Assembly (NCBI GenBank): GCA_964016885.1
Contig: OZ024747.1
Span: 15,252,001-15,316,000, forward strand
DNA from: Eledone cirrhosa
Lineage: Eukaryota
DNA length: 64,000 nt
Direction of reading: 5' to 3'
Part shown: positions 1 through 12,879 of the stretch, piece after piece
Numbering within the stretch: position 1 is the stretch's first letter
How the letters are laid out: each line of letters opens with the position of its first letter
Notes under the pieces: generated by a model
What the model saw: only the letters and a program-made list of their open reading frames with translations
Database searches by the model: none
Told to the model about the DNA's origin: nothing
Made by a program: the position numbers and the translations under genes

Positions 1-166
1 TACATAAAGGAACGAGTAAAAACCAAATAACAAATATAAAATTAACAATACAGTCCTCAATAGGGAGGAGGCGTTTTGGGGGTTACACACACCCCCGAAA
101 AAGTGTGCAACCCTTTTCCTTAGGAGCATAGAGAGGGGGTGCTCCTTTGCACTTCCACCTTTCCAC

Positions 167-1985
167 CTACAGGCTGATAAAGAGAGAAGGCTCATTCACA
201 CGGGCCATTCTCGCTATTTTCACCCACCTTTCATAAAACTTGCTGGGGTAGAGCACCTCTCTCTCTATTCTGATCCTTCTCTTAAAATAATATTTAAAGA
301 AAAGGACCAGTTGTTGGCCGGAGAGAAAGGTGTCCGACCTCAGCCCTTTAAAACGTGTCCACCATACCACCTCTTTCACCATGGCTATTACAAAGAGGAA
401 GACCGCCTCTCCTTTATTATTGAAGGGGGGTGGCGGCTTGATCGTTACAATGGACTCAGTGGTCAACCGGATTGGTCCTACCCGTGACAGCAGTCGTTCG
501 ACATAGCCCCACAGATCGGCAACGCCCGAGCAGTGTACCAATGCGTGCGCAACGGTTTCCTCGTCGCGCACGCATCTGGGACAGATTTTTTTTCGAGGGG
601 TCCCTACCCGGGCGCCCGTGTCTGTAGAGCTTTTCTCGAACGGGGAGCGCCCCTTGGTAGCACTGCCAGGCCAGGGACCTCTGGAAGTTGTCCATAGGTC
701 CCGGGCCAAATGTCCTCCCGAATAGGCTGGCCAGTTCGTCTTCCTCCATGCCTAGGGCTTGTCCGAGGGCGTCTTCGCACCTACTAACCACCAGCCCTCT
801 AGAGAATGACGAGGTGGAGTCTCCACCGATAGCCGGGTCCGCGTGCCAGTCGCCTAGTTTTCTCGGTCTTTGCTTCACCCAGGACTGCAGGTCGGTGAGC
901 GAGACGAGTCTCGGAAAGGCTCGCCTCACAAACGGGGCCCACACCGGTTGACCGGTGAGGAATATCTGGAGGTGCCGTAGCCTTAATGCGTGTTTACGCA
1001 TTTTTAGCCACGGCATCCCCAGCCCTCCTTTCGAAGGGTGTTGAAAGCAGATGGATCTCCTCACCAAAGGAGCCCGCTTCTTCCAAAGGAATTGGAAGAG
1101 TGCGCGCTCCATTTTGGTGAGCGTTTCTCTTGGGCAAGGCACGACGGTCAGGCGGTATTAGATGACGGACGCTATATAAGCGCTCACCATCTCCGCCCGA
1201 CCTTTCAGGGATAGTTTGCACTCAGCCCACTTGCGAGTCAGCGCAAACACCCTGTTCGATACATCACCCCAGTTCTTCACCACCTGGAGGTCTGGCCCGA
1301 ACCAGACTCCGAGCAACTTCACCGGGCCCTCCGTCCAACGTCCGACGACGCCGTTGGAGGCCATCGGTTTGCCCCTCCACTCGCCGAGTTGCAAACCTAC
1401 TGACTTGTCCCGGATCAGCTTAGCCCCTGTAAACATTTCATATTCCTCCAGTAAGGTGCCGATGACCCCGATTTCCGAGGCAGTTGACACCATTACTGTC
1501 ACGTCATCGGCGTAGGCCGACACCGCTTTCCGCAATCCCGGTTCCAAAGGGATGCCCTGTAACAACTCCAACTTCCGCAGCAGTGGCCCTAGGGCCAATA
1601 CATACAGAAGGGAGTAGAGAAAGCATCCCTGTCGGATGGACCACGTGATTTCGAACGGCTCCGAGAGGTAGCCGTTCACCTTGACCCTAGAGTAGATGCG
1701 GCTGCTGTGCATGGCAGTGATCCAGCCCCTGAAAACGGGTCCAAAACTTGCCGCCACTAGCACCGCATCCAGGTAACGATGGTCGTCCCTATGGAACGCC
1801 TTAGATTGATCTAAGTTGATCAGGGCCCCACCAAAGCCGGGTTCTTTCCCAACCCTCTCTATGATGTATCGCATGAGATGGAGGTTGTCGTGAATGGACC
1901 TGGACGGGATGGCGCATGTCTGCGCATCTCCCACCAGGGTGCCCACGACAAGCGCCAACTTCTTTGCTAACACCTTGGCCAAAAG
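167..1985 (-). pseudogene. Tx1-like ORF2 reverse transcriptase + zinc knuckle, frameshifted, lacking the APE domain
   Basis: Three consecutive frames (1158-1982, 456-1142, 167-709): 'SRSIHDNLHLMRYII..LINLDQSKAF', 'AYADDV', 'KGGLGMP', 'CPRCVRDEETVAHALVHC'. Confidence 0.9.
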
Positions 1986-2591
1986 CTATTTTCCTTTTTC
2001 AGCTCTGGGGGAGAATTTAAAGAACATAGACCATTCTCCTCCAAAGTTATATAATTCCGTGCATTTTCCATTCGCTGGGCCATATTTGACATTGTCAATA
2101 GGTTCATACACAGTGGGTTTTTTGGTAGTTTGCGCGAATGTCATTTTGTTCGCCCCCTCTTTGTTTACATTTGTCGAAATGTGGTTGTTTTGTTGTTTTT
2201 TGTTGTTACAATTATCATTTTTTGTTGTGTTTGTGTTATTTATGTTGGTGTATGCGTTCACGTTTTTTTTCCCGTTGGGGTTAGACTCCATTTCTTCAAA
2301 AAGTTCACTTATATTTTCAGTGTCCGAGAGACTTGTAGTCACAGGTACTACTTCCCTTTCACCTTCGCTGGTGGGCGTGGTACCGTGAAAAGTCGAAACG
2401 GCATCCATTAATGTTGGCAATTTCTCCGAGTCAATTTTTTTCACATTTTTTTCATTAGGGTTAGGCTCCATTTTTTCACTGTTTCTAATAATCATTATTC
2501 TTTCAGTAGGGAGGCTTGTTGCCTCCGCTACCCGCTCTCTTTCAGTTTGTTTAGTGGGCGTGTCATCGTTACCTGTGGTAATGGCTTCCAT
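1986..2591 (-). CDS. Probable LINE ORF1 N-terminal fragment (low complexity, T/N/K-rich)
   Basis: Open frame of about 200 codons from ATG at 2591, directly upstream of the RT on the same strand. Contains a 'TFAQ..KKP' motif and an internal duplication MEPNPNEKNV/MESNPNGKKNV. No domain recognised. Confidence 0.45.
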   Translation of the reverse strand: MEAITTGNDDTPTKQTERERVAEATSLPTERIMIIRNSEKMEPNPNEKNVKKIDSEKLPTLMDAVSTFHGTTPTSEGEREVVPVTTSLSDTENISELFEEMESNPNGKKNVNAYTNINNTNTTKNDNCNNKKQQNNHISTNVNKEGANKMTFAQTTKKPTVYEPIDNVKYGPANGKCTELYNFGGEWSMFFKFSPRAEKGK

Positions 2592-4190
2592 TACCACTAG
2601 CGTAGAGACAATCACAAGATTTTTAGGATAAAACATTTCACCCCAAAAGGGGTGAAATAAATTAACCCTAATGTCCGAAGACCCAGGCAAGGGGGTTAAT
2701 TAACACAATAACGCAAGAATACAGACAAACACTTACTGTTAACACATAATATATCCAATAATCGAGGAGCCGATGTGAAGCACGTCTATACCATCCGGAG
2801 ATAGATAGATAAAAATAATTTATTATATCAAATAAAGAAAAAATAAAATATAGACGTTTGAAAAAGCGGGGGAGATATCCCACTGGTCCCCCCCCCCCCG
2901 AAACAAGGCCCTTGCACATAACCACATATATACAAACGCCTACATGCATATAAAGAGATACAAATAAACACAAATGTACACGCGCACACGCATATATACA
3001 CAGAGACACAAATATATATATACACGTTTGTACAAAGAGACATATCTAGGAACATTCTGAAAAGATCTAATCTAACCTAATCTGGCCGAGTTTACACTTG
3101 TAACTAAAAAGAAGCAGGACCGCATCTAGGAGCATTGCATATCGTGTACTTCATATTTGTTTCGGTTACTGAATACAATCAGGGGTCGCTGCTTCTCCTG
3201 AAGATCAATAGTTCTCTTCTAGCTTGAGCGGGACACCTTTCCATTGTCAATTTGCATTGATCCTCTTCAAAACCGCATTGTTCTCAGAACGACTACACCA
3301 GTCTTTCGGTGCGTGCAGCTGGAACTACTGCCATCCATTTATTTGGCAGTATTATTATCATTAATTCTTTTTTTTAGATGGCCGTATGGCCGTTGACTCT
3401 TATGAGTTCTTCCGCCGTTTGTCAGGTTTTGTTTTTTGTCCTGCAGGGTGTCCAAAATCACCCTCCTCACCAAGTAAACTTGGTGGGGTTGCCAGTTTAG
3501 TCGTCGACGACCCGATCATGCGACAGGTTGTACTGGGTTACATGCTACCAGTAGCACTCAAGAGTGATCTGACAATAACCAAAATATAACTAATGTATTT
3601 TATATGCTTCAGACACATCTAATAAAGTATTCTATATATCTATTTTCTGGTTGGTAAATCATCTTATCAAAACAGCGATCAGTATCACATATATAGTACC
3701 GATGATGGAGGTCTTGTTTTGTTATTTTTCTTTTACTAATTTGATGTTTTACTGCGAGGAAAAAATAAGTTTTTAACAAAGAGACAAACCTCTATCTTTG
3801 GAACTTGGATTAAAATATATTACAACCCACGTTTTCGAAAGTATATAGTAGATTGGGTAATGTATTCATGTAAGAAAATATTGGATGGCCATATCTGGAA
3901 AGCATATGGTCTTTTGCCTAGATTATAAAGTCTGACTATGTTATTAAATAACAATATCAATATCAGATTTCGTCCATTTGAGCAATTAATCAAGAACTAC
4001 ACAGGTGTTACCAAAGATTCTCAATAACTTTTCAGATTGGATTTCAATAAGATTTCGATAATTCCTTTCAATCTTTGGCAGTATCTAGAGTCATATGATG
4101 AATTCCAATTAAATAAGTTTACTTTCTCTCTTATATAAACGTATAATGTCTCCTTTGTGATAAGAAACACTTTAAGCATTGTGACAAATT

Positions 4191-4222
<32 letters not shown>

Positions 4223-4226
<4 letters not shown>

Positions 4227-4630
4227 AGAGATGACCCCTTAGCCTTTGTCAAGGCAGAATTCTAGTAGAAGGAAAACTCTGATATAACACCTGCAACTCT
4301 GATGGTATCCAATGATGTTGACTTCTTCTTCTTTTTGGTAAATATCATCTTGGTTAAGAGAGTGCGACTGGCTTTGTGCAGTTCCTTTGCTCACTATAAA
4401 AGCTTCACGGCACAGGCATTGCTTTATATCTGGAGATCTCTCTGCACTTGTCGTCACATGGTACCATGGGCCAGGCACTATGTGTCAATAATTGTCACAA
4501 GTGTAGTGTTTGTACCAGAGTTTTCAAGTCGTTGGCTGGACTAAGAAGTCACACTCGTTCAGCACATCGGAGGGGGTTCTCCTACATGGATATAAAGTAG
4601 TGGCCGTACTCGAAAACCAGTTGGCAGCCA

Positions 4631-4632
<2 letters not shown>
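4223..4632 (+). mobile_element. (TA)n-flanked non-coding element with short asymmetric inverted end
   Basis: Left end taggagagatgacccct resembles the inverse of agggggttctccta (~4571-4584), which is followed by a ~48-bp tail. TA tracts on both sides. Confidence 0.45.
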
Positions 4633-4694
<62 letters not shown>

Positions 4695-4754
4695 TATATA
4701 CATTGGAAGTGGTCGGACGTTGTATATTTAAGTAAGTAGGTGTAGTCGGATAAA

Positions 4755-5231
4755 CGTCGAAACGGCTTGGTGGAATGCAGCGGAAATTTACACAGTTATG
4801 CAGAATGACCCGAAGAGGCGGTGGGTTGACTTTTAGGGTACAAGCTTCCATGGGTACGGAGAAAATCGATGAAACAGGGATTTTCCATTCAAATTGAACT
4901 GAGATTAATCTGTGAACGCAGAAGTCAATATTTCGAGAAACGTTCCAACCGAACGAAGACAGGAAGACGATATTTTGATTCGTGTAGACGTTCCCTGGCA
5001 ATGAACGGGAAAAAAAGCGAGGATAATACGTCGTTATGTGGAACAAGAAGAACAATTTGATGCAACGACAAGACCAAGTTTATGGTATAAATGGAGTCGA
5101 TAGACTAATATTCTATTTAATATAACAGAATGATTTCCAGCCCAGTTTAAGAATGATGTAAATAAAATTGAAAACGAAAATGACAGAGGTTATTAAAATA
5201 GTAAAAGTAAATAGTGAAGATTTAGGCCAGT
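4755..5231 (+). repeat. Unclassified ~480-bp dispersed repeat, copy 1
   Basis: Highly similar to 23281-23761; diverged inverted copy at ~45560-45925. Confidence 0.85.
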
Positions 5232-5247
5232 ACATACATATATATAA

Positions 5248-5386
<139 letters not shown>

Positions 5387-5928
5387 TATATTTTATATAG
5401 GCTACACAATTGTTCTCCGAGGTGATAAATATTAAAGAAAAAAACATCGCTTAGAGTTAGATTCAATTGATCAATGCAACACATATTACATGCATGTAAG
5501 CGAAGGTCTATAGTTTTGGCAGAGTATATATTTTCTTGTATATAATTAAAATGCATGAAAAAAAGTGAATAGTCGCTTGGCTTTCAAGTGTCAGCTCTAA
5601 GGATCAAGCTTTGAAGAATAAGGAGTTTTGAGTGCATAAGATCGGAAATAATTAGAAAGACACTTGCGAAAATATAGTTTAGAAAAATACACTTATTGGG
5701 GGATATTTTTATAATAGATTTTATGCCCCGTCCTATTAATTCAATTCCATCGATCTGTCTATCTCTATCTATCTCTCTATATCCCTCCCTCTCTCTAACT
5801 CTCTCCCTCTCTCTATCTCTCTCCCACTCTCTAAGTCTGCCCCTCTCTCTCCTCCTTCTCTCAGTATCCCCCTCTCTCTCCTCTCTCTCCCATTCTCACG
5901 CTCTCTCTCGCTCTTTGTATATATATAT

Positions 5929-5962
<34 letters not shown>

Positions 5963-5978
5963 GTATCTTCACTCTTTC

Positions 5979-6032
<54 letters not shown>

Positions 6033-6271
6033 GAAAGAGTGAAGATACAGCCGGCCATGTTATTCTTCACTCTTTCACTACTATTACTCCAAAAATAACT
6101 TGCATGAGAATTATCGCAAACTCGCTACCTAACTAAGGAAACCTCTTGTTTTGTCAAACAACGCCGTACATTAAAACTATCCATAGTACAGAGTACCTCT
6201 AACTGGATTACCTAAAACGATAACTTGTTATCCCATATATATATATTTATATATATATATATATATATATA

Positions 6272-6473
6272 TAGGAACGAGTAGGACCCCGACGGTTGAG
6301 GTCAAGCCGTTTCGACGGCTAGTTCTGGACTCTTTTAGTCCAGAACTAGCCGTCGAAACGGCTTGAGCTCAGCCGTCATGTCCTACGCGTTCCTATTACC
6401 CACTCTACTACCCTAAGTATTGAGTACTTTGGTGCGTTATGGTCCACCTGGTTCCTTACCACATTTCCTTCGT
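6272..6473 (+). mobile_element. PLE family A mini fold-back element (inverted pLTR fragment + pLTR 3' part + tail)
   Basis: Hairpin centred at ~6332-6336, then a ~75-nt tail ending ttccttcgt. (TA)n on both sides. Matches the termini of the 54576-56709 element. Confidence 0.85.
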
Positions 6474-6745
6474 TATATATATATATATATATGTATATGT
6501 ATTCATAAGATTGTAGGATTCCCAGCGCGAAGTGTAGCTGAATACTATATGTATATAATATTCACATAAACTCACGTGTGTGTGTGTGAGTGTGTATGTG
6601 TCAGTTTGTGTGTTTTATAGTGCACATCAATCTTGAGATTCGTAGACATATGAAAAGCATATTTTGGTTATCGTGATAGCAAATTCCATGATTGTTAGAC
6701 GCGTATTCATCCTGTCTATGAAACCGTGTGTACTGGTCTTTGAGC

Positions 6746-6836
<91 letters not shown>

Positions 6837-6850
6837 TATAAATATATAAA

Positions 6851-6940
<90 letters not shown>

Positions 6941-6961
6941 TATAAATATATAAATATATAT

Positions 6962-7606
6962 AACAAAGGAATTGTGGTAAGAACCAGATGGACCATAACG
7001 CACCAGAGTACTCAATATTTAGGGTAATAGATTGGGAAATAGGAAAAAGTATGACCCCGACGGCAGAGCTGAAGCCGTTTCGACGGCTATTTCTGGACAA
7101 AATTAGAATATTTAGCCTGGTGCATAAATAGCCGAACTTGTCAATGGGGTACTTCCTTATCTAGGAAGATTGTAGTTGTGAAGAGGATTGGTTAACATTT
7201 GTTGTAAACACAAATAAGTGTATATATTTTTTTATTTATTTCTATTATCTTTTATAGTCTCCCACTCTCATTCGAATTACCTATTCTATAACCTCCCTCC
7301 TCCATTTCATACACTATCCTTAGAATCTGCTGTATACATATCACTTTTAACGCTTGACCGACTCCACTCACCCCCCATTGTTCTACAGGCAAGTTCAGCC
7401 ACCCCTACCACCCACCAAATGCCATGATAGACTTATTTGTGTTTACAACAAATTTTAACCAATCCTCTTGACAACTACAATCTTCCCATATAAGGAAGGA
7501 CCCCTTTGACAAATTCGGCTATTTATGCACCAGGTTAAACATTCTAATTTAGTCCAGAAATAGCCGTCGAAACGGCTTGAGCTCTGCCGTCGGGGTCATA
7601 CTTTTT

Positions 7607-7610
<4 letters not shown>
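6962..7610 (+). mobile_element. PLE family A-related element with inverted pLTR arms
   Basis: ~7040-7222 is the inverse of ~7428-7610. The tail (6962-7039) is on the left arm only. (TA)n on both sides. Hammerhead in each arm. Confidence 0.85.
7499..7597 (+). ncRNA. Type I hammerhead ribozyme, U3-A8 core variant (mirror copy on minus strand at 7054-7150)
   Basis: gacccc-t-TTGACAA-[cggctattt...aaatagccg]-GAAA-cggc ttgagctct gccg-TC|ggggtc. Confidence 0.7.
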
Positions 7611-7639
<29 letters not shown>

Positions 7640-7658
7640 ACACATACACACAAAGTCG

Positions 7659-7689
<31 letters not shown>

Positions 7690-7822
7690 TACACAATAAT
7701 CAAAGGTATGTTCAAACGATTGAATTGCTGACAATCGTTTCTTCCAAACTTTCGTTCAAAATCATCGGAGCATACTGATCTTCCCTGTTTATAGTTGTAT
7801 ATAGTGTATTCATAACTATAAA

Positions 7823-7906
<84 letters not shown>

Positions 7907-7964
7907 CATATGTATATATATATACATATATATACATACATATATATACACATACGGTTGGTCC

Positions 7965-8870
7965 TATAGGCACTCAAACTATTTAACCATAAATTCTTTA
8001 ATAATTATAACTATAATTATTTTATAAATTATATTATATAAACTGTTGTCAATATTATAAATCATTTTGGTAAAGATTACCTTCGTGAGGGTATTAAAGC
8101 ATTATATATTTTCTTTCTCGTGTTTCGTAAATCCTTTAAATTTGTTTTCATAAAATTTGAATTTTAGAAATTAAACTTGATATAATTAGGATATTAATAC
8201 AAATACCTATTAACTATTAAAACCTAAAATATTACTCATTACTCTGAAATAACTTAAATTAAATATTTTGAATATTAACGGCGAACTAAATAAATTCGGA
8301 TATATATTGCATATATGGTTAATTGTCTATAAACTTGAACATAAATTACTCCCATTTAATCATCTTTCATTTGTTTTTCGAGCCACCTACTAAATATATT
8401 ATCACATCAGCTGTTTCTTCCTCTATGCTTTCCTTTCTTTCCTCTTTCTTCAGTAGTTTAAAAAAAAAAATGTTAACTGTTATATTGATGCCATGTATTT
8501 TTTAAGCTGTATTACACGCACCCTCTCTATTGTTTGTATTATATATTTTTCTCATGTTCTCAATATTAGGGTATAAATATTGAGTTTTGTCATATGTTAA
8601 TCACTACCATGACTGAATCTTAACCATCTACTATGTCAAGGTATGTCATGCATCATCTTATTTTATCTGATGAGGACGTACTGTTGAAATTTACTCAGTA
8701 CCTCTGAAATATGTATAATAAAATATACTTGATCACAAGAATATCTATTTTGTTAATATTTTGAATTAATATTAATAACTCTGGAAAACCTTTTTTTTAC
8801 AGTTGAGTGCTTCCAATCTATTGTAAAACTCATTCTTTGATGTATTCATTGAACCTTGTTTAACTTTTAA
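7965..8870 (+). mobile_element. Degenerate PLE 3' region/pLTR (family B) between (TA)n tracts
   Basis: Contains a canonical hammerhead at 8659-8725 followed by AATAAA-like sequence and the tail motif tgagtgc (8804-8810). Inverted gcactca near the left end. Confidence 0.6.
8659..8725 (+). ncRNA. Minimal type I hammerhead ribozyme
   Basis: tattttat-CTGATGA-[gg..gtactg/cagtac ctct]-GAAA-tatgta-TA|ataaaata; perfect 8-bp stem I. Confidence 0.8.
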
Positions 8871-9949
8871 ATATATATATATATATATATATTCTCGCTG
8901 AATTTATATTTATATATATATATATATATATACATAATGTATTCATATACATATTTATGATTCTGCGTATGTTTCTTTATTCTCCTGAAATACTCATTGC
9001 TTCCTCCTTTAACATTTGCCTTCCTTGTATTAAATAATCTTTCGATGTATTTTCATTATGCTCCACTTAACCAAAATTCCAAAGTTCCACTTAGAAATGA
9101 CGAAATAATTCGCGAAATGCGTTTTGTAGGTAGGCTTCTGTAGCGGCGGTTTGACAAAGATTACATTTAATTGAACGGTCTGTGTGGTCATTTCACTTAT
9201 TAGAGCTTGGTAACAACAACACCAACAACAACAATAACCACAATAATGATAACAATAATAATAATAATAATCTTTATAGTAATAACAATTGTGTTATATT
9301 GATGTCCTAATATTGCTTCTTTGAAGTCAGAGAGGGAAGGAGGAAGTACAGTTTATGACCCTATCATAAAATATGGCGAATGGAACAGCAAGCAAAGAAA
9401 CACAGGAAGAGATAATTGTAGCTGTATTTGAAGGGAAATCGTATTTATTTCTATATCCGGTGCTTTTTATTCGCGAATTCGGCTCTAACTATGAATGACG
9501 TATATGTATGTACACATATATACGAAGTGTTGCTGATGTTGTTGTTTTTGACTTCCTCGTTGTTATTGTCATTGTTGTTTGTAAATTTCAGAAATGAGAG
9601 CTATTGTCCATCCGAGTTTGCTTCTGTGTTCTATTGGAAATATAAATGTAAAGTGCAAAACATATCTATTTCTTGTTATAAGCTAATGATTTTAGTTGCT
9701 CTTTCTGTGAAACCACTCCGGAAAGAGGGAAATTAATTCAACGCTGCGCGACCATTATAGTAGAAATAATCATCATATGAAAAAAAGAATACTACTACTA
9801 CTAATAAAAAGAAAAGGTAGTAGTAGTAGTAATAGTAGTAGTAGAGTAGTGATGGTGGTGGGGTGGTGGTGGTGGAAGTAGTAGTAGTAGTAGTGGGGGT
9901 GGTATTTGTGGTGGTGGTATTAATAGCAGTTTTAGAAGAACGATGTTTG

Positions 9950-10031
9950 GAGAAGAAGAAGAAGAAGAAGAAGAAGAAGAAGAAGAAGAAGAAGAAGAAG
10001 AAGAAGAAGAAGAAGAAGAAGAAGAAGAAGA
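9950..10031. repeat. (GAA)n microsatellite
   Basis: Pure GAA run. Confidence 0.98.
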
Positions 10032-10393
10032 ACATTAACAACGACAACAACAACAACAGTAATAAGAGTAGCAGCAAAGTAACAAGAATATAATCGACCC
10101 AAACAACTACGAGATGCTAAAGTAATCACCAGTTTCTTTGATCTACACATATTTGGCAACAGGATATCCAATGAATATAGTTTAATAATATAGATTGAAA
10201 CAAAATAAAGCACTTATTTCAACGACATATGACATTCAACATTGAAAGTTTCCATTGAAATTCGCGTCATTGCAGAGACACAATCAAATGTATTATTGAT
10301 CGATGTAATTATCCAAACGTAAAAGCAGAATATGTTACATCATAGATATCTAGTAGATGATGATTATCTTAGAAATCAGGAAACAGTAACAGC

Positions 10394-10480
<87 letters not shown>

Positions 10481-10618
10481 AAAAGTGTAAGTTTCTACAC
10501 GAAACGAAAGTTATAGAGAAAATTGCGGTTAGTAATGGCACATGGAATATATAAGAGACAGAATACTTTTTTGCGAAACATATAATTTTATAAGGTAAGG
10601 AAAGAATAAAGGGTATAA

Positions 10619-10666
10619 AAAATGAACGGTTTCGATGGGTCTGCGAAAGCCATCTTTTCAAATGTT
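10619..10666 (-). ncRNA. Degenerate minimal hammerhead, U3-A8 core (family C)
   Basis: Minus strand: aacat-TTGAAAA-gatgg...ccatc-GAAA-ccgt-TC|atttt; stems I and III imperfect. Confidence 0.55.
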
Positions 10667-10964
10667 GATTAATATTAAGAAAAATTAATTAAAATTTGAG
10701 ATTTGAAAATTCAAGTATAAAATTCAGTGTGGGATTTCATAGTAGTTTTCATCTTGGTAGCAGCAAGTTGACTGCTGTGTGTCCCTTTCTGGTAGTGAAT
10801 GAGAAATTATTTGTGGGGAGTGGTTTTTTTTAAGGTCAGATTTAGCAATGGCCAGATGGCCAGCTGCTGGTCAGTGAGGGGGTGGAAGCAATATACATAC
10901 ATATATCTTCATGTGGTCGGTAGGAGAGGGGAGAGTGATAGAGAGGGATTTAGTGCACTTACAC

Positions 10965-11024
10965 CTATATATACACACATACCCTCATCCACACACACAT
11001 ACATATACATATACATATACATAC

Positions 11025-11059
<35 letters not shown>

Positions 11060-11070
11060 TACATATGCAT

Positions 11071-11101
<31 letters not shown>

Positions 11102-11230
11102 TACACACACATATATACACACACACATATATATATACATACACATACATCCAGATACACACATACATACACACACACACATACATACACATATATATAT
11201 ATATATGTACATACATATATATATATATAT

Positions 11231-11277
<47 letters not shown>

Positions 11278-11545
11278 TACATACACACACACATATATAC
11301 ATACACACATACAAACACACACACACACACATATATATACACATACACACACATATATATACACACACACACATATATATACATACACATACATCCAGAT
11401 ACACACATACACACACACACACACATACACATACATACATCCACATGCACACACATACACACACACACACACACACATACACATACATACACCCACACAC
11501 ATAGAGAAATGGCCTCCAAATATATATATATACATACATACACAT
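10965..11545. repeat. Compound (CA)n/(TA)n/(CATA)n microsatellite
   Basis: Direct inspection; source of many spurious ORFs. Confidence 0.97.
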
Positions 11546-11860
11546 ATTTTTTCCATAATATAAGAAGTTAGAATTAAAATACAAGTCATTCTGATCACAT
11601 TGAGTTCTTCATGTAGATTGGGCCCCGCAACCGACAGTGGTGGATTCTGTGTGCGCATATATATATAGATATATGTGTGTACACGTGCAGGGTTTAACAT
11701 GGATGTGTTGGTCACACAAAGGCATGGTCTGTCAACGAATAAACCTGATTCTACAGAATTGGTCTCTGGTCTTTAATAGTAGTGATAATTATATACATGC
11801 ACACATACACACACATATCTGTCACTCCGTGCGTATGTGTGTTTATATTTTATGACAATT

Positions 11861-12366
11861 CTATTGGGGTGATAACCTGTTTAGTTTTGGTTTAAATTTG
11901 TTAAGGAATAGATTTTCTTTGTTTATTCTTTGTTGCTGTGTGAACGAATCTGAGCACTTGTAGAAGGGGAAGATTTTAAAGTTGGGTAGTGTCATTCCAG
12001 TGCAGTTCGCAATATGGCTGCTCAAGGGGATTTTTCTTGTGTTAGCGTCCCGGATTTGTTGGCGGTGGATGGTCATTCTTTTGCGTAATGAGGTACCCGC
12101 CTGTCCTATGTAGTTGTGTTTGCACCCACCGCAAGTTATTGCGTAAATCAAGTTCTCCGAGTTGCAGGTGAAATTGTTTTTTACTGTAAATGTTTGGCCA
12201 TCTTTAAATGTAAATTTTTGTCCTTCAGTGAGGTAGAGGCACGTTCCACAGTTTGTTCTACCACATTTGGTAACTGTAGGGTTGAGGATTGGTTTGGGTA
12301 TATTTGGTCCAGTGAGAATGCGTTTTAGTGATTTGGGTTGTCTTTTACTTTTAAGGATCTTGTGTG
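11861..12366 (-). pseudogene. PLE linker + GIY-YIG endonuclease fragment, Neptune/Nematis-like (5'-truncated)
   Basis: Stop-free frame: KRQPKSLKRILT..KCGRTNCGTC..FTCNSENLIYAITCGGCKHNYIGQ..LRKRMTIH..LSSH..KENLFLNKFKPKLN. The frame extends upstream of the annotated start. Confidence 0.85.
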
Positions 12367-12422
12367 TAATGTACTCTTGTTAGTAATGTACTCAATACAT
12401 TTGTAGAATGTAAACATCAAGA

Positions 12423-12461
<39 letters not shown>

Positions 12462-12464
<3 letters not shown>

Positions 12465-12610
12465 AGAAAACCACAAACCCTCCATCTCAATTCTACTTTC
12501 GAAAAGCATAAGAACTGTGAAACCGGTAAAGGAAACAAATAAATATGTTATTACTTTCACCCGTGTAGGACATCTCGTTTTTGTTTTCATAAAAAAAAAA
12601 CTAATTTTCT

Positions 12611-12620
<10 letters not shown>
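12462..12620 (+). mobile_element. PLE family E pLTR fragment with decayed hammerhead
   Basis: Homologous to 49053-49140 and to the 48.9-kb tail; core reads ttcgaaaa-gcataagaactgt-gaaa-ccgg-ta-aag. Confidence 0.7.
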
Positions 12621-12651
<31 letters not shown>

Positions 12652-12652
<1 letters not shown>

Positions 12653-12862
12653 AACAAGAAATTCTGTTTCATTTGTACATCCCTATTTGTTTTGTTATAC
12701 GTCATTGAACTACATATAATAAAATAAAGAGGGATGTACAAATGAAACCTTTTTTCTTGTTCATTATAATAATAAAGCTCTGGATGAACAAAAATCGTGG
12801 AGTGCTTTACATATGTAAAGAAAAACTCGGCAGATTTTCAATCTACCAACTTTCTTCAATTG
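12652..12862 (+). mobile_element. Short fold-back element with tail
   Basis: gaacaagaaa..gtttcatttgtacatccct / agggatgtacaaatgaaac..tttcttgttc, then a tail containing tggagtgc. Microsatellite-flanked. Confidence 0.6.
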
Positions 12863-12879
12863 TATATATATATATATAT

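Larger units (their letters stand above)
1..3135 (-). mobile_element. Tx1/L1-clade non-LTR retrotransposon, internally deleted (5'UTR + ORF1 N-terminus joined to RT); 3' end runs off the window
   Basis: RT motifs (LDQSKAF, IRQG, YADD, LGVWFG) and C-terminal CxxC..ExxxHxxxxC zinc knuckle on minus strand. An ORF1-like ORF abuts at 1986. 5' boundary approximate. Confidence 0.75.

Noticed and set aside
688-2411. Plus-strand ORFs opposite the Tx1-like element
   Set aside because: Antisense shadows; no recognisable domain.
3140-4190. Possible additional decayed LINE fragments
   Set aside because: No motif could be read with confidence.
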